Below, one piece after another: positions 47,755 through 58,596 of a stretch of DNA of 64,000 nt. Under the pieces are notes generated by a model. It had not been told where the DNA came from. It worked only from the letters and a program-made list of their open reading frames with translations, and made no database searches. The position numbers and the translations under genes are program-made. Every line of letters starts with the position of its first letter. Within the stretch, counting starts at the first letter, position 1. The stretch comes from Spirochaetales bacterium (GTDB taxonomy: Bacteria; Spirochaetota; Spirochaetia; JABEVK01), in contig JBAXAI010000002.1 of the NCBI GenBank assembly GCA_037142615.1, positions 1 to 64,000 on the forward strand, written 5' to 3'.

Positions 47755-48659
47755 GGTCGACGGTGAAAGTTAAGAAAGGCATGCGACGGGCCCGTGGCGA
47801 TCTCTTCTTCGAGCTTGTCATGGGCAGCTTCTTGCTGGTCGTGGCGCTCGTTACGCTCTTTCCGATTCTCTTTGTTGTGGCAGCCTCGCTTTCGTCGCCG
47901 CAAGCGGTTATTGCAGGCCAAGTATGGATTTGGCCGGTTGATCCGACACTCAAAGCCTACGAGAATATCCTCTCGAATCCTAAGTTGTCGCTCGGCTTCC
48001 TGAACTCCGCTATTTACACGATTCTAGGGACGATAACGAGCATCGCGTTGACCCTGATGATGGCGTATCCGCTCTCGAAACTGCGCCTTCCGGGGCGGAA
48101 GCTGCTGACTTGGATGCTGGTCTTTACGATGCTTTTCTCGGGTGGCCTGATCCCGACCTACATGGTTGTCAGGCAGTTGGGCCTGCTCGACACCTGGTGG
48201 GCGGTTGTCCTCACGTCGGCACTCTCTCCCTGGAATGTGTTTATTGCTCGGACGTACTTTCGCTCGCTGCCTGATGAGCTTTATGAGTCGGCTACGATCG
48301 ATGGCTCCGGAGAACTTGGTCAGTTTTTTCGAATTGCTATTCCTCTTTCCTCACCGATCATCGCCGTTGTCGGTCTCTTTTCCGCTATCGCCTACTGGAA
48401 CTCCTACTTCACCGCTTTGATCTACCTCTCGGATGAAGCTCTCTTCCCCCTTCAAATTGTTCTGAGAGACATCTTGATCCTTGGCAATCTTGACCTGACA
48501 CGGGTCTTTGACTTCGACGCAATGGTGCGAAGGCAAGGACTCAGCGATCTGCTGAAGTACGCGGTTATAGTTGTTGCTAGCGCTCCTCTTCTCGTTTTGT
48601 ACCCTCTCGTTCAGAAGTACTTTGTTCGAGGGCTCTTGATAGGTTCAATAAAAGGTTAG
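47748..48659 (+). CDS. carbohydrate ABC transporter permease (LplC-like)
   Basis: FTMLFSGGLIPTY, LYESATIDG, WNSYF, YPLVQKYFV.G..IGSIKG. Confidence 0.92.
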   Translation: MVRSTVKVKKGMRRARGDLFFELVMGSFLLVVALVTLFPILFVVAASLSSPQAVIAGQVWIWPVDPTLKAYENILSNPKLSLGFLNSAIYTILGTITSIALTLMMAYPLSKLRLPGRKLLTWMLVFTMLFSGGLIPTYMVVRQLGLLDTWWAVVLTSALSPWNVFIARTYFRSLPDELYESATIDGSGELGQFFRIAIPLSSPIIAVVGLFSAIAYWNSYFTALIYLSDEALFPLQIVLRDILILGNLDLTRVFDFDAMVRRQGLSDLLKYAVIVVASAPLLVLYPLVQKYFVRGLLIGSIKG

Positions 48660-48727
48660 CCTTCTTGCGGTTGGGCCCGGCCTGCAAGATGCGACCTGTA
48701 GAAAGATTAGTCTAAAGGAGTTTTCAA

Positions 48728-50377
48728 GTGAAGCGATTACCTCTAGTGCTCACCTTTATGGTGGCTATGTCCTGGTTGGTTTTTTCTCAAGTTCCGAAGC
48801 CAGAATGGTTAGTGACAAAGAATCTGCCGCTTAGCAGTCAAAAGACAACTTTCAAGATGCTGATTCAGGCTGTTCCTGAAGTTGCGGATTTCAAGACGAA
48901 CTGGTTCACGACTTGGCTTGAGGCGAAGACGAACGTTGCCATCGACTGGATTGTGGCGCCCAATGACTCCGATGCGGCGAAGCAGAAGATGAACCTCCTG
49001 ATCGCATCGGGTGATTTTCCCGAGATCATCAATTCGATGCCCTTTGACGCCGCCTTGGAAGCCAAGTATGGAACCGATGAGAAGATCCTGCTTCCTTTAG
49101 AGAAGTTCATTGATGACCCTGCAGTGATGCCGAACCTGAACGCGTGGCTTCGCAAGAACCCCTCGTTCCGGGGACAGATCACGGCCGTCGATGGTCACAT
49201 CTATGGATTCCCGAACATCAATGTCTGCTACCATTGTACCCTGCAGCAGAAGATGTGGATCAATCAGGACTGGCTCAAGAAGGTGGGACTCAAGATGCCC
49301 ACCACGACGGACGAGCTGTACAACGTGTTGAAGGCTTTTGCGACCAAGGACCCCAACGGGAATGGCAAGGCTGATGAGATTCCGCTCATTGGTGCGACTG
49401 ATGGCTGGAACAGCCAAGTGGATCCCTTCCTGATGTCTTCCTTCGTGTTGGACCCAGGCATGAACCAGAAGCTGAAGCTGTTGGTAGATACCAAGTCTGG
49501 AAAGGTCATGTCCGCGCTCAATCAGGCTGGCTACAAAGACGGTCTCAAGTACATTGCGAAGCTCTATCGAGAGAAGCTTTACTATGGAAACTCCATCATT
49601 CAGAAGAATGATCAGGGGCGGCAACTTCTTGCCAGCGGCGTTGTGGGCGCCTTCATGGGCGGCTATCCTGGCGTGATGATTGATGGTGCGGATAAGGCTC
49701 TTTGGCGTGCTTTCGTGAATGTACCGCCTCTCAAGTCACCCAGCGGATACTCATCGACGCCCTTCTACGTCAATGACGGTGTCAGGCCTGACAGAGTTCT
49801 GTTTACCACGGCTCTCAAAGATCCGAAGTTGGCGGCAAGATGGGTCGATCTCTTCTACACCTACGAGATGGGACTACACAAAACTAACGGCGAACCGGTA
49901 GTAAGATGGCATTGGGCCAGTTCGACAGAAACTGGTCTGGACGGGAAACCTGCCATTTGGGTGCCTGGTGGCACTGCGAAAGTTGCCGACCCGAACGGAT
50001 CGTGGCAGCAACAGGGCATTGAGTTCGCTACTGCTGAGTTCCGAAATGGTCAGGTCTCGCCTCCCGGTGTCGATATAGGGTCACCTGACAGCTTGGAGCC
50101 AATGCTCATTTTGGCCAGCAAGGCCAACGAGCGAGCCGTGAGGACGGACGTGGTGATCATGCCCAACGTGAGTTTTACGAGCCAAGAGTCGGAAGATCTG
50201 CAGATTCAAAGGGTGGAACTGGAGCGTTACGCCGAGTCGCAGCGAATCGCCTTCATCACCGGTGCTACCGATGTTGATGCCGGCTGGGCAGCTTATCTCA
50301 AGAAGCTTGGCGAACTGGGTCTTGCGAAGGTGACCTCAACCTACCAGAGCGCGCTGGACCGCCAGAATAAGCGATAG
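48728..50377 (+). CDS. extracellular solute-binding protein (LplA-like)
   Basis: Signal peptide; ASGDFPE, DGHIY, WINQDWL.KVGL.MPTTTDEL, DPNGNGKADEIP. Confidence 0.92.
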   Translation: MKRLPLVLTFMVAMSWLVFSQVPKPEWLVTKNLPLSSQKTTFKMLIQAVPEVADFKTNWFTTWLEAKTNVAIDWIVAPNDSDAAKQKMNLLIASGDFPEIINSMPFDAALEAKYGTDEKILLPLEKFIDDPAVMPNLNAWLRKNPSFRGQITAVDGHIYGFPNINVCYHCTLQQKMWINQDWLKKVGLKMPTTTDELYNVLKAFATKDPNGNGKADEIPLIGATDGWNSQVDPFLMSSFVLDPGMNQKLKLLVDTKSGKVMSALNQAGYKDGLKYIAKLYREKLYYGNSIIQKNDQGRQLLASGVVGAFMGGYPGVMIDGADKALWRAFVNVPPLKSPSGYSSTPFYVNDGVRPDRVLFTTALKDPKLAARWVDLFYTYEMGLHKTNGEPVVRWHWASSTETGLDGKPAIWVPGGTAKVADPNGSWQQQGIEFATAEFRNGQVSPPGVDIGSPDSLEPMLILASKANERAVRTDVVIMPNVSFTSQESEDLQIQRVELERYAESQRIAFITGATDVDAGWAAYLKKLGELGLAKVTSTYQSALDRQNKR

Positions 50378-50404
50378 CCCAATTTCGAAGGCCCACCGCT
50401 AGAC

Positions 50405-50436
50405 GTGCCGCCGTAGCCGAGAGGGTGCGGCGGCAC
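50405..50436 (+). terminator. GC-rich hairpin after the SBP gene (mRNA stabiliser or terminator)
   Basis: GTGCCGCCGTA / TGCGGCGGCAC stem, no long U-tract. Confidence 0.55.
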
Positions 50437-50531
50437 AATTACTCCTTCACCAGAGTCTTTGCGCCTTCCCCTCAACTCATTGAACTGCCCTGAGCGATCA
50501 GGGCCAAAATTGACACTCGAGGAGTGACACC

Positions 50532-52430
50532 ATGACGATCAAGAATGCGATTTCTGAGCTGGATTCTCTCGCCAGAAAGGCGTTTCCTGCCTTGCCGCGA
50601 CCAGAGTATCCGAGACCCCAATGGGTGCGGTCACGGTGGCTCAACCTGAACGGAGACTGGAACTTCGAGCTGGATCCGGGTGATTCTGGGTTTTCAAGGG
50701 GCCTATCGGGCATGTCGGCTTCTTCCGGCGAGTCGGATGGCAACGGAAGACGTGACGAGCCCAGGGACCTCAAGAACCGTATCGTCGTTCCCTTCTGCCC
50801 GGAGTCCCGACTATCTGGAGTTGACAACCAGGATTTCCACAACGCCGTTTGGTACCGAAAGGAAATCACAATTCCCTCGGACTGGGTGGACTGCCACACA
50901 ATCCTGCACTTCCAGGCCGTCGACTACGATGCCACCGTTTGGGTCAACGGAGTCGAAGTCGGCCGACATCGGGGAGGGTTCACGCCGTTCGAGTTGGATC
51001 TTGATGGTGTCGTGTCCCCAGGTGCCAAGGCAACCATCGTGGTTCGCGCCCGTGACGACCACCGCTTGCCAACACCGAAAGGGAAACAAACTCGGACGTA
51101 CGAGAACCGCGGTTGTGACTACACCAGGACGACTGGGATTTGGCAAACGGTTTGGCTTGAGCCGGTGAGTCCGACGTACCTACGCCGCCCGAGAATTGCG
51201 CCCGACTTGGCAGCCTCGGCTTTCAGGATCACCGTCCCCGTGGTGGGCCCTCGTGTCGGCATGACCCTTGCCGTCGAGGTTCACGCCGATGGGGTGAGCG
51301 TTGCGACCTGCTCGGTGCCAATTGACGTCGATTTTCAACCAACGATCGATGCCGTCATCCCAAGGGATAGGCTTCATCTGTGGAGCCCCCAGGACCCCTT
51401 CCTCTACGATTTGACCTTTGAGCTTCTTGATGACCAGGGCAACTGTCTTGATAGGGTGATGAGCTACGCGGGGATGCGCAGCGTGACAATTCGGGGAAAA
51501 GCGATCTTGATCAATGGACAACCCGAGTTTCAGCGCTTGGTCTTGGATCAAGGCTACTACCCCGATGGTATCATGACGGCGCCTACCGACGCAGCTTTGC
51601 TCCGGGACATTGAGCTCGCCAAAGAAGCGGGATTCAATGGAGCCAGACTTCATCAAAAGGTTTTCGAAGAGAGGTTCCTGTTTCATGCGGATGTGACCGG
51701 ATACCTGCTTTGGGGGGAGTTCGCAGACTGGGGTTGCGGCGGCTTTGGTCCACCCGAGGACCATCAGCAACCGAGTGCCACCTACATCACGCAGTGGCTG
51801 GAGGTGTTGGAGCGGGACTTTTCTCACCCTGCTATCGTTGGATGGTGCCCACTGAATGAGACTTGGCAAGGTATAACGGACAAAGTTCGTGTCTTGGACG
51901 ATGTTACCCTCGGGCTGTTTCTCGCAACAAAAGCGTTTGACCTGACGCGCCCCGTGCTGGACACCTCCGGCTATTCCCATCGCGTACCCGAGACGGATGT
52001 CTATGACAGTCACAGCTATGAGCAAGATGTGCCTAAGTTCGCAGAGATGATGTCCGGCCTGTCTTCGGGAAGGCCCCATGTCAATGTGGGCGATCGCGCG
52101 GTAGCATTTTCTACACCCTACCGAGGCCAACCCTACTTCTGTAGCGAGTTTGGCGGAATCTGGTGGAGTCCAGGGGCGAGGCCCGGGGAAGTCACTTGGG
52201 GATACGGCGATCGCCCGCAATCGGAAGAGGAGTACTATGAACGCTTTGCCGCCCTCTGCCATGTGCTGCTTTCAAATCCCGACATGTTTGGGTACTGCTA
52301 CACCCAGTTGACTGATGTGTTTCAGGAGCAGAATGGAGTAGTTGCGTTTGACCGTAGCTACAAACTCGACCTCCGGCGCCTCAAGAAGGCACAGGCTAGG
52401 GTAGCGGCCATGGAAATGGGGACAAGATAG
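50532..52430 (+). CDS. GH2 glycoside hydrolase
   Basis: EYPRPQ, LNG.W.F, HFQAVDY, TGIWQTVWLE, LDQGYYPDG, NE acid/base (PLNETW), SEFGG. Confidence 0.92.
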   Translation: MTIKNAISELDSLARKAFPALPRPEYPRPQWVRSRWLNLNGDWNFELDPGDSGFSRGLSGMSASSGESDGNGRRDEPRDLKNRIVVPFCPESRLSGVDNQDFHNAVWYRKEITIPSDWVDCHTILHFQAVDYDATVWVNGVEVGRHRGGFTPFELDLDGVVSPGAKATIVVRARDDHRLPTPKGKQTRTYENRGCDYTRTTGIWQTVWLEPVSPTYLRRPRIAPDLAASAFRITVPVVGPRVGMTLAVEVHADGVSVATCSVPIDVDFQPTIDAVIPRDRLHLWSPQDPFLYDLTFELLDDQGNCLDRVMSYAGMRSVTIRGKAILINGQPEFQRLVLDQGYYPDGIMTAPTDAALLRDIELAKEAGFNGARLHQKVFEERFLFHADVTGYLLWGEFADWGCGGFGPPEDHQQPSATYITQWLEVLERDFSHPAIVGWCPLNETWQGITDKVRVLDDVTLGLFLATKAFDLTRPVLDTSGYSHRVPETDVYDSHSYEQDVPKFAEMMSGLSSGRPHVNVGDRAVAFSTPYRGQPYFCSEFGGIWWSPGARPGEVTWGYGDRPQSEEEYYERFAALCHVLLSNPDMFGYCYTQLTDVFQEQNGVVAFDRSYKLDLRRLKKAQARVAAMEMGTR

Positions 52431-52461
52431 CCGCGGCCAAAAGCCCGCTAGGAAGGAACCG

Positions 52462-55095
52462 ATGAAAATCCAACCGCGTTTTCAATACGAGGGTGAGCGG
52501 ACCCGTACCATTTCCTTTCCCCTTGGGGGACTCGGAACCGGCAGTCTCGGGTTGGCGGGAAACGGGGCGCTCGTCGACTGGGATATCTTCAACCGGCCAT
52601 CCAAGGGGTCCCACAACGGATTTTCCCACTTTGCCGTCTCGGTAATCGACGGAGAACAGACCATCGATGCCCGCGTCCTTAACGGCGACCACGAAGGTCC
52701 CTACGAGGGGCAGCACGGGAGCGAGAACTTCTACTCTGGCTTCGGCTGGGGCCCACACCGGGAAACCATGGTGGGGATGCCCCACTTCCGGGATACTCGG
52801 TTCACGGGTACCTTTCCCATTGCCCAGCTCGAGTTCCTCGATTCTGATTTCCCCGGAGCCATCAGCCTGACGGCATCCAACCCCTTCATCCCGTACGATG
52901 ACCGGGCCAGCGGGATGCCTGCAGCCTTCTTCGAGTTTCAAGTCACCAATTCGACCCACCGCCCGTTGTCCTACCAATTCTCGTGCGCTCTCACCAATCC
53001 CTTCCCTGTTGATCCCGTGAACCACTTCACGGAGTCCGAGGGAATCAGTTCTCTGGTCCTGGCTGGAGAAGGCACGAGTCTGGAAGGATCCGGGCAGCTC
53101 TGCGTCGCCGTGGAGTCGGGCTCCGTCTCATACCAGGAGCACTGGTATGAGGGGGGATGGTTCGATGAATTGGAGGTCTACTGGCGCGACTTGGGTGACC
53201 CTGCAGGCTTTCGGAACCGCCGTCATCCGGAGAAGAAGAACGCCTCGACCATGACGGGGGTCCTGGCGACGAGGATCGAGTGCCTCCCCGGGGAGACCAA
53301 GACGGTTCGCTTCGTCCTCGGTTGGTACATCCCCCAGTGCCGACGATTTTGGGACCGCCAGCCCCTGGGCCCGGGAGAAACCTTCACCGACGAAGAAAAA
53401 CTCGCGATGGCCAAGCCTTGGAAGAACTGGTATTCGGTCGTCTGGCCGTCCGTCACTGCCGTCGTTCAAGAAGCCTTGGACAGGTGGGACACGCTATGGC
53501 AGCGGACCAAGGAGTTCCGAGACGTCCTCTTCTCGTCATCGCTCCCCGACTCATCGTTGGATGCTGTCTCGGCTACCCTTTCGGTCCTGAAAAGTGCAAC
53601 CGTCCTTCGTCTGGAAGACGGCAGTTTTTACGGATGGGAAGGCGCAGGGGCCAAGTTGGGCTCGTGTGAGGGAACCTGCACCCACGTTTGGAGCTATGCC
53701 CAAAGTCTGGCGTTTCTCTTTCCTCACCTCGAACAAGGCATGAGGAGTGTTGAGTACCGGTACAACCTGGGACCGGAGGGCGGCATGAGCTTCCGAACCA
53801 TGCTTCCGCTCGGGTCGCCTGCCTGGCGATTCCGGGCCTGTGTCGACGGCCAATTTGGAACCGTGTTACGAGTTTACCGCGAGTGGAAAGTCATGGGAAA
53901 CCGGGAATGGCTCACCTCAATCTGGCCCGCCGTGAAGAGCTCGGTGGCCTTCGCGTGGCATCCGGGCAATCCCGACGCCTGGGATCCCGATCGGTCCGGG
54001 GTGATCGTAGGGCGGCAGCACCACACTCTCGACATGGAGTTGTTTGGACCAAACTCGTGGCTGACAGGAATGTACCTCGCCGGTCTCAAGGCCTCGGCAG
54101 AACTCGCCACCATCCTCGGTGACTCGACCTTTGCCGCCGAGTGCCAGGAGGTCTTCCAGCGGGGAAAGGTCCGCCTCGACACCGAACTGTTCAACGGCTC
54201 GTACTATGGCCAAGTGCTCGACCTGACCTCCCCGTCGACGATAGCCGCCTACGACAGTGACGTTGGCGACATGTTCGGCAATTCCCTGCTGAAGTCCTAC
54301 TGGAGCCAGGAGCACCGCCAGATCAAGTACCAAGTCGGTGGTGGACTTCTTATCGACCATGCCCTGGCTCAGTGGCATGCGGGACTTTACGGTCTGGGCG
54401 AGATCTTCGATCCCGACCAGTTGAGGGTTTCCCTGAAAGCCCTCTGGACCAACAACAGAAAGCGATCGATGCGCCGCGAGGCTAACCCTTGCCGGGTGTT
54501 TTCGTTGAACGACGAAGAAGGGATGGTGATCTGCACCTGGCCCGAAGGCAGCCAGAGGCCCGGGATTCCCATTCCCTATGCTCAGGAAACGATGACGGGA
54601 TTTGAATATGCCGCCGCCGCGCTCTTGGTCCAGTCAAGTATGGTCGACGAAGGTCTCTCCCTCGTCGAGGCCATCCGGAGCCGTTATGACGGGAAGAAGC
54701 GCAACCCGTGGAACGAGCTGGAATGCGGTTCGAACTACGCTCGAGCCCTTTCGGCGTACTCAGTCCTCTTGGCCGTGAGCGGTTTTGTCTTCGATGCGGA
54801 CAGGGGGATCCTCGGCTTTCGGCCAGCCATCGAGAAACCTTGGAGTTTCTTTTGGAGTGCCCTTGGGGGCTGGGGCTCTGCGACCATGACTGAAAATCGC
54901 TTCGACCTTGTCCTCAAGGGCGGTAGCATCGCGTTGGAGCAACTCGTCCTGCCCGAGTTGACCGCGGGGATGGACCTTCTGGTCAAGGTGGACGAGGAGC
55001 CCGTGCCCATCAAGGTCGACACCGGGGGAATCCAGTTGGGGTCCAAGGTTGTGGTTCACCACAAGATTGAAGTGGAGTTTTCCCGGTCATTTTGA
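52462..55095 (+). CDS. GH116 glycoside hydrolase (GBA2-like)
   Basis: PLGGLGTG, GSCEGTCTHVWSY, DGQFG, QHHTLD, E.MTGFEY, NPWNELECG.NYAR. Confidence 0.9.
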   Translation: MKIQPRFQYEGERTRTISFPLGGLGTGSLGLAGNGALVDWDIFNRPSKGSHNGFSHFAVSVIDGEQTIDARVLNGDHEGPYEGQHGSENFYSGFGWGPHRETMVGMPHFRDTRFTGTFPIAQLEFLDSDFPGAISLTASNPFIPYDDRASGMPAAFFEFQVTNSTHRPLSYQFSCALTNPFPVDPVNHFTESEGISSLVLAGEGTSLEGSGQLCVAVESGSVSYQEHWYEGGWFDELEVYWRDLGDPAGFRNRRHPEKKNASTMTGVLATRIECLPGETKTVRFVLGWYIPQCRRFWDRQPLGPGETFTDEEKLAMAKPWKNWYSVVWPSVTAVVQEALDRWDTLWQRTKEFRDVLFSSSLPDSSLDAVSATLSVLKSATVLRLEDGSFYGWEGAGAKLGSCEGTCTHVWSYAQSLAFLFPHLEQGMRSVEYRYNLGPEGGMSFRTMLPLGSPAWRFRACVDGQFGTVLRVYREWKVMGNREWLTSIWPAVKSSVAFAWHPGNPDAWDPDRSGVIVGRQHHTLDMELFGPNSWLTGMYLAGLKASAELATILGDSTFAAECQEVFQRGKVRLDTELFNGSYYGQVLDLTSPSTIAAYDSDVGDMFGNSLLKSYWSQEHRQIKYQVGGGLLIDHALAQWHAGLYGLGEIFDPDQLRVSLKALWTNNRKRSMRREANPCRVFSLNDEEGMVICTWPEGSQRPGIPIPYAQETMTGFEYAAAALLVQSSMVDEGLSLVEAIRSRYDGKKRNPWNELECGSNYARALSAYSVLLAVSGFVFDADRGILGFRPAIEKPWSFFWSALGGWGSATMTENRFDLVLKGGSIALEQLVLPELTAGMDLLVKVDEEPVPIKVDTGGIQLGSKVVVHHKIEVEFSRSF

Positions 55096-55527
55096 AGTGC
55101 CCTTCCTGAACTTACGTGCAATAGACTTATGGGTTGCTCAAAGCTCGGGAGGGCGGCGGAATCAACCAAGAGAGAAACCGGTGCATCTTAAAGGAACCAT
55201 GACTCAAGGCGGCCAAAAGCACAACCATGCAAGTTTTCGTGGGCAATCCCTTCCCGATGGCCAACTATTCGGAAAAAGATTGCCCACCTTCCAGGTCTGT
55301 GACCCCCTGCGACCAGAAGTCGAGGTGGACACGCACGGAACCTCGCCACTGGCAGCGTACTCGGCGAGTGCAATCAAGAGCACAAAGCGGTCGCCTCCAT
55401 TGCTCTCTTGAAGAAGCTCGACGGGGCGACATGCTCGCCAAACACCTACATTTGTATGGGAAAATGGGTATCAGTGTCGGTTTCGAGGTCGCTCCCTCTG
55501 CTATAGCATTTCCGCAAGAGGTGAGGA

Positions 55528-56412
55528 ATGAAGGCCCACAGCGGTACCCGAAAGGCCTATTGGCTGCGACAACTGACGTTTCTGGCCCCATCGCTGCTCT
55601 TCTTCACCGTCTTCACGGTGTTTTCCTTTGTCGCGGGGCTCTACTACTCCTCCACCAAATGGAACGGGCTGTCGTCGGCGGTTGAGTGGGTTGGACTTCA
55701 GAACTACCTCACACTGGGCACCGATGAGCTATTCCTTCAGTCGTTCCTCTTCTCCGCGAAGTTCACGCTGGTCAGTGTCATCGTCACCAACCTCCTGGCC
55801 TTCTTTCTTGCCTTGGTCCTTTCTGAGGCTGTGAAGGGACGCGGACTACTCAGGGCCGGCTTCGTTCTACCCAATGTGATCTCGGGATTGGTGCTCGGCT
55901 TTATCTGGCAGTTCATCTTTGTAAGGGGTTTCGACGCCTTCGGCAGGGCGCTGGGGGTGGAGTTTCTCTCGGGCTGGCTCGGCGATGAGACGACAGCATT
56001 TTGGGGAATGGCCATTGTTTTTGTGTGGCAAAACGCCGGCTACATGATGGTGATCTACATCGCTGGCCTGAGCAACATTCCCCAGGACCTCCGCGAAGCG
56101 GCGGCCATCGACGGTGCCGGCGCTTGGAAGCGCTTCACGGCGGTCACCTTTCCGCTGGTCATGCCGGCCATCACGGTCTGCCTCTTCATGAGCCTCGCGG
56201 CCGGCTTCAAGCTTTTTGAGGTGCCGTTTGCCATGACTCGCGGAGGGCCCTACAGCTCGACCCGCTCCATCACCATGGACATCTACTTCGAGGCGTTCAC
56301 CAACGGAAACTACGGTCTGGGCGGCGCCAAGGCCGTGGTGTTCTTTGCCGTGGTGGCGCTGGTGACTCTGATTCAAGTGAGTCTGACGAAACGAAAGGAA
56401 GTGCAATTGTGA
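55528..56412 (+). CDS. sugar ABC transporter permease (MsmF-like)
   Basis: WVGLQNY, EAAAIDGA, FAMTRGGP; multiple TM segments. Confidence 0.92.
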   Translation: MKAHSGTRKAYWLRQLTFLAPSLLFFTVFTVFSFVAGLYYSSTKWNGLSSAVEWVGLQNYLTLGTDELFLQSFLFSAKFTLVSVIVTNLLAFFLALVLSEAVKGRGLLRAGFVLPNVISGLVLGFIWQFIFVRGFDAFGRALGVEFLSGWLGDETTAFWGMAIVFVWQNAGYMMVIYIAGLSNIPQDLREAAAIDGAGAWKRFTAVTFPLVMPAITVCLFMSLAAGFKLFEVPFAMTRGGPYSSTRSITMDIYFEAFTNGNYGLGGAKAVVFFAVVALVTLIQVSLTKRKEVQL

Positions 56413-57245
56413 AAAGCTCCGCCTCGGCCCGCGTCGTCTTGAGATTGGGGCATCTGGTCACCGTCGTATTGGTCGTCGTCTTTTTGGTGCCGTTCTACTT
56501 TGTGTTCGTCAACAGCTTCAAACCCCTGGGTGAGATCCTGACCAACACCGCCGGCCTGCCGGCTCACTGGGACTTCCAGAACTTTCCCCGGACCTTCCAG
56601 ATTCTGAGCTTCGGCCAGGTGCTGCTGAGCTCGTTCATTGTCACGGCTCTGACGGTGCTGGGGCTGGTCTTTTTCAGCGCAACGGCAGCGTATCAGTTGC
56701 TTCGTCAGGCCACACGGACCAATCGGGTGCTCTTCAGCGTCTTGGTTGCTTCGATGATTATCCCCTTTCCGAGCCTGATGATTCCCTTGGTGACGACGGC
56801 GGGCAAGTTGGGTATTCAGAACTCCTACGCCGGACTCGTCTTGACCTACCTGGGTCTTGGACTCCCCTTTGCGATTTTCCTGTACCACGGCTTCATCAAG
56901 TCAATCCCGGTCGAGATCGAGGAAGCCGCCATCATCGACGGCTGCGGACCTCACTCCGTATTCTGGCGGGTGGTCTTTCCGTTATTGCAGCCTATCACCG
57001 TCACCGTAGCCTTGCTCAACGGACTGCAAGTCTGGAACGACTTTCTGTTGCCTTCACTCATCCTGTCCCGCAAGGCGCTGTGGACCATTCCGCTTTCGAT
57101 CAACTCACTGTTCAGCCAGTACAACCAGCAGTGGGACAAAGCCTTGCCCGGGTTGGCCATGAGCATCTTGCCAGTTCTGGCCATGTTCCTGTTTGCCCAA
57201 AAGCACATCATCACCGGAATCAGCCAAGGTGCCATTAAGGGCTGA
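56409..57245 (+). CDS. sugar ABC transporter permease (MsmG-like)
   Basis: IPVEIEEAAIIDG, WNDFLLP, QKHII.G...GAIKG. Confidence 0.92.
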   Translation: MKSSASARVVLRLGHLVTVVLVVVFLVPFYFVFVNSFKPLGEILTNTAGLPAHWDFQNFPRTFQILSFGQVLLSSFIVTALTVLGLVFFSATAAYQLLRQATRTNRVLFSVLVASMIIPFPSLMIPLVTTAGKLGIQNSYAGLVLTYLGLGLPFAIFLYHGFIKSIPVEIEEAAIIDGCGPHSVFWRVVFPLLQPITVTVALLNGLQVWNDFLLPSLILSRKALWTIPLSINSLFSQYNQQWDKALPGLAMSILPVLAMFLFAQKHIITGISQGAIKG

Positions 57246-57327
57246 GCCAAACTATCAAAGAAGGAGGGCAGAACGTTTGACAATGCGCCGCGCGTGCCGT
57301 GGTGAATACCTTTCTAGGAGTATTTCT

Positions 57328-58545
57328 TTGAAAAAGATCCTGTGGACCTTGCTTGCACTGACCCTTTTGATCCCGGTCGCCACTGCCGAACAGGCTGTGA
57401 CGGTCAAAATCTTCCCGCTCAAGAATGACCTTACGGACGGCCTGACGGCAGCCGGTCTGGCGTACACCAAGCTGCACCCCAACGTGACCATCAGCGTGGA
57501 AAACGGTCAGGGAGCTGACTACACCGCAAGCCTGAAGGCCAAGTTCGCCTCGGGCGACGAGCCCGATATTTTTAATTTCCAAGGTGAGACCGAACGCCAG
57601 ACTTTCCTTGAAAAACTCGAAGACCTCAGCAACGTGCCCATGCTGAAGAATGTGGTCAAAGGCGTCGACACGAGCGGCGCGGTGGACGGAGGCAAGATTT
57701 ATGGTCTGCCCCAGAACATTGAAGGTTATGGCTTCATTTACAACAAAGACCAGTTCAAGAAGGCTGGGATCACGAGCTTGCCAACGACCCTCGCCGAGTT
57801 GGAGGCCGCCTGCAAGAAACTTCAGGCCATAGGCGTGACCCCGTTCACAAACGCCTACGGCGAGTGGTGGGTTCTGGGTGTGCACAACTTCAACATCGTG
57901 CTGGCCAACCAGGCCAATCCCAAACAGTTTGTCGCCGACCTCGCAGCCGGAAAGGCTAAGCTGGTAGGCAACGACGTGGCCAGGCGCTACCTCGACCTGA
58001 TTGACCTGACCATCAAATACGGTCCCAAATCGGGCACCTTGACGGTCAACTACGCCGGGGCCCTCACCGAACTAGCCACCGGAAAGGCTGCCATGAACCA
58101 GCAGGGGCAGTGGGCACAGAGCACCATCGACCCGATCACCCCCAACATGAACCTGGGCTTTTTGCCCATGCCGGTCACGGCCAAGAGCACCAAGCTGTAT
58201 GCGGGAGTACCCGGGTTCTGGGCGGTCAACAAGAACTCTCCCGCCAAAGAGGCTGCCAAGGACTTTCTGAACTGGCTGTACACCAACAAGGATGCTGGCT
58301 CGTACATCGTCGCCCAGATGAAGTTCATTCCACCGGTGACCAACATCACGACCCAGGGAACCTCGGCGCTCAACAACGCCCTGTCGGAATACTCGTCCCG
58401 CGGCGAGGTGCTCGGTTGGCCCATGATGAGCCTGCCAGAAGGCGCGACCACCCTGATCGCGCCGGACCTTCAGGCCTACATCGGCGGCAAGGTGACCAAA
58501 GACGCCTTGCTGGCCAAGCTGGAGAAGGACTGCCTCAAGAAGTAA
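57328..58545 (+). CDS. sugar ABC transporter solute-binding protein (MsmE-like)
   Basis: AGGAG then TTG 57328; signal peptide; LKAKFASGDEPDIF, EGYGFIYNK. Confidence 0.9.
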   Translation: MKKILWTLLALTLLIPVATAEQAVTVKIFPLKNDLTDGLTAAGLAYTKLHPNVTISVENGQGADYTASLKAKFASGDEPDIFNFQGETERQTFLEKLEDLSNVPMLKNVVKGVDTSGAVDGGKIYGLPQNIEGYGFIYNKDQFKKAGITSLPTTLAELEAACKKLQAIGVTPFTNAYGEWWVLGVHNFNIVLANQANPKQFVADLAAGKAKLVGNDVARRYLDLIDLTIKYGPKSGTLTVNYAGALTELATGKAAMNQQGQWAQSTIDPITPNMNLGFLPMPVTAKSTKLYAGVPGFWAVNKNSPAKEAAKDFLNWLYTNKDAGSYIVAQMKFIPPVTNITTQGTSALNNALSEYSSRGEVLGWPMMSLPEGATTLIAPDLQAYIGGKVTKDALLAKLEKDCLKK

Positions 58546-58550
58546 CGACC

Positions 58551-58587
58551 GGGTTGCCGCTTGCGCTGGCGTGGCGGCAACCCTTTT
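58551..58587 (+). terminator. hairpin with short U-tract between the SBP and GH127 genes
   Basis: GGGTTGCCGC / GCGGCAACCC perfect 10-bp stem followed by TTTT. Confidence 0.65.
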
Positions 58588-58596
58588 GGAGGATCA

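Noticed and set aside
51180-52262. 360-aa minus-strand ORF
   Set aside because: Antisense shadow of GH2
55096-55527. 430-bp intergenic gap with short ORFs, possible IS remnant or ncRNA
   Set aside because: No terminal repeats, transposase motifs or convincing structure seen
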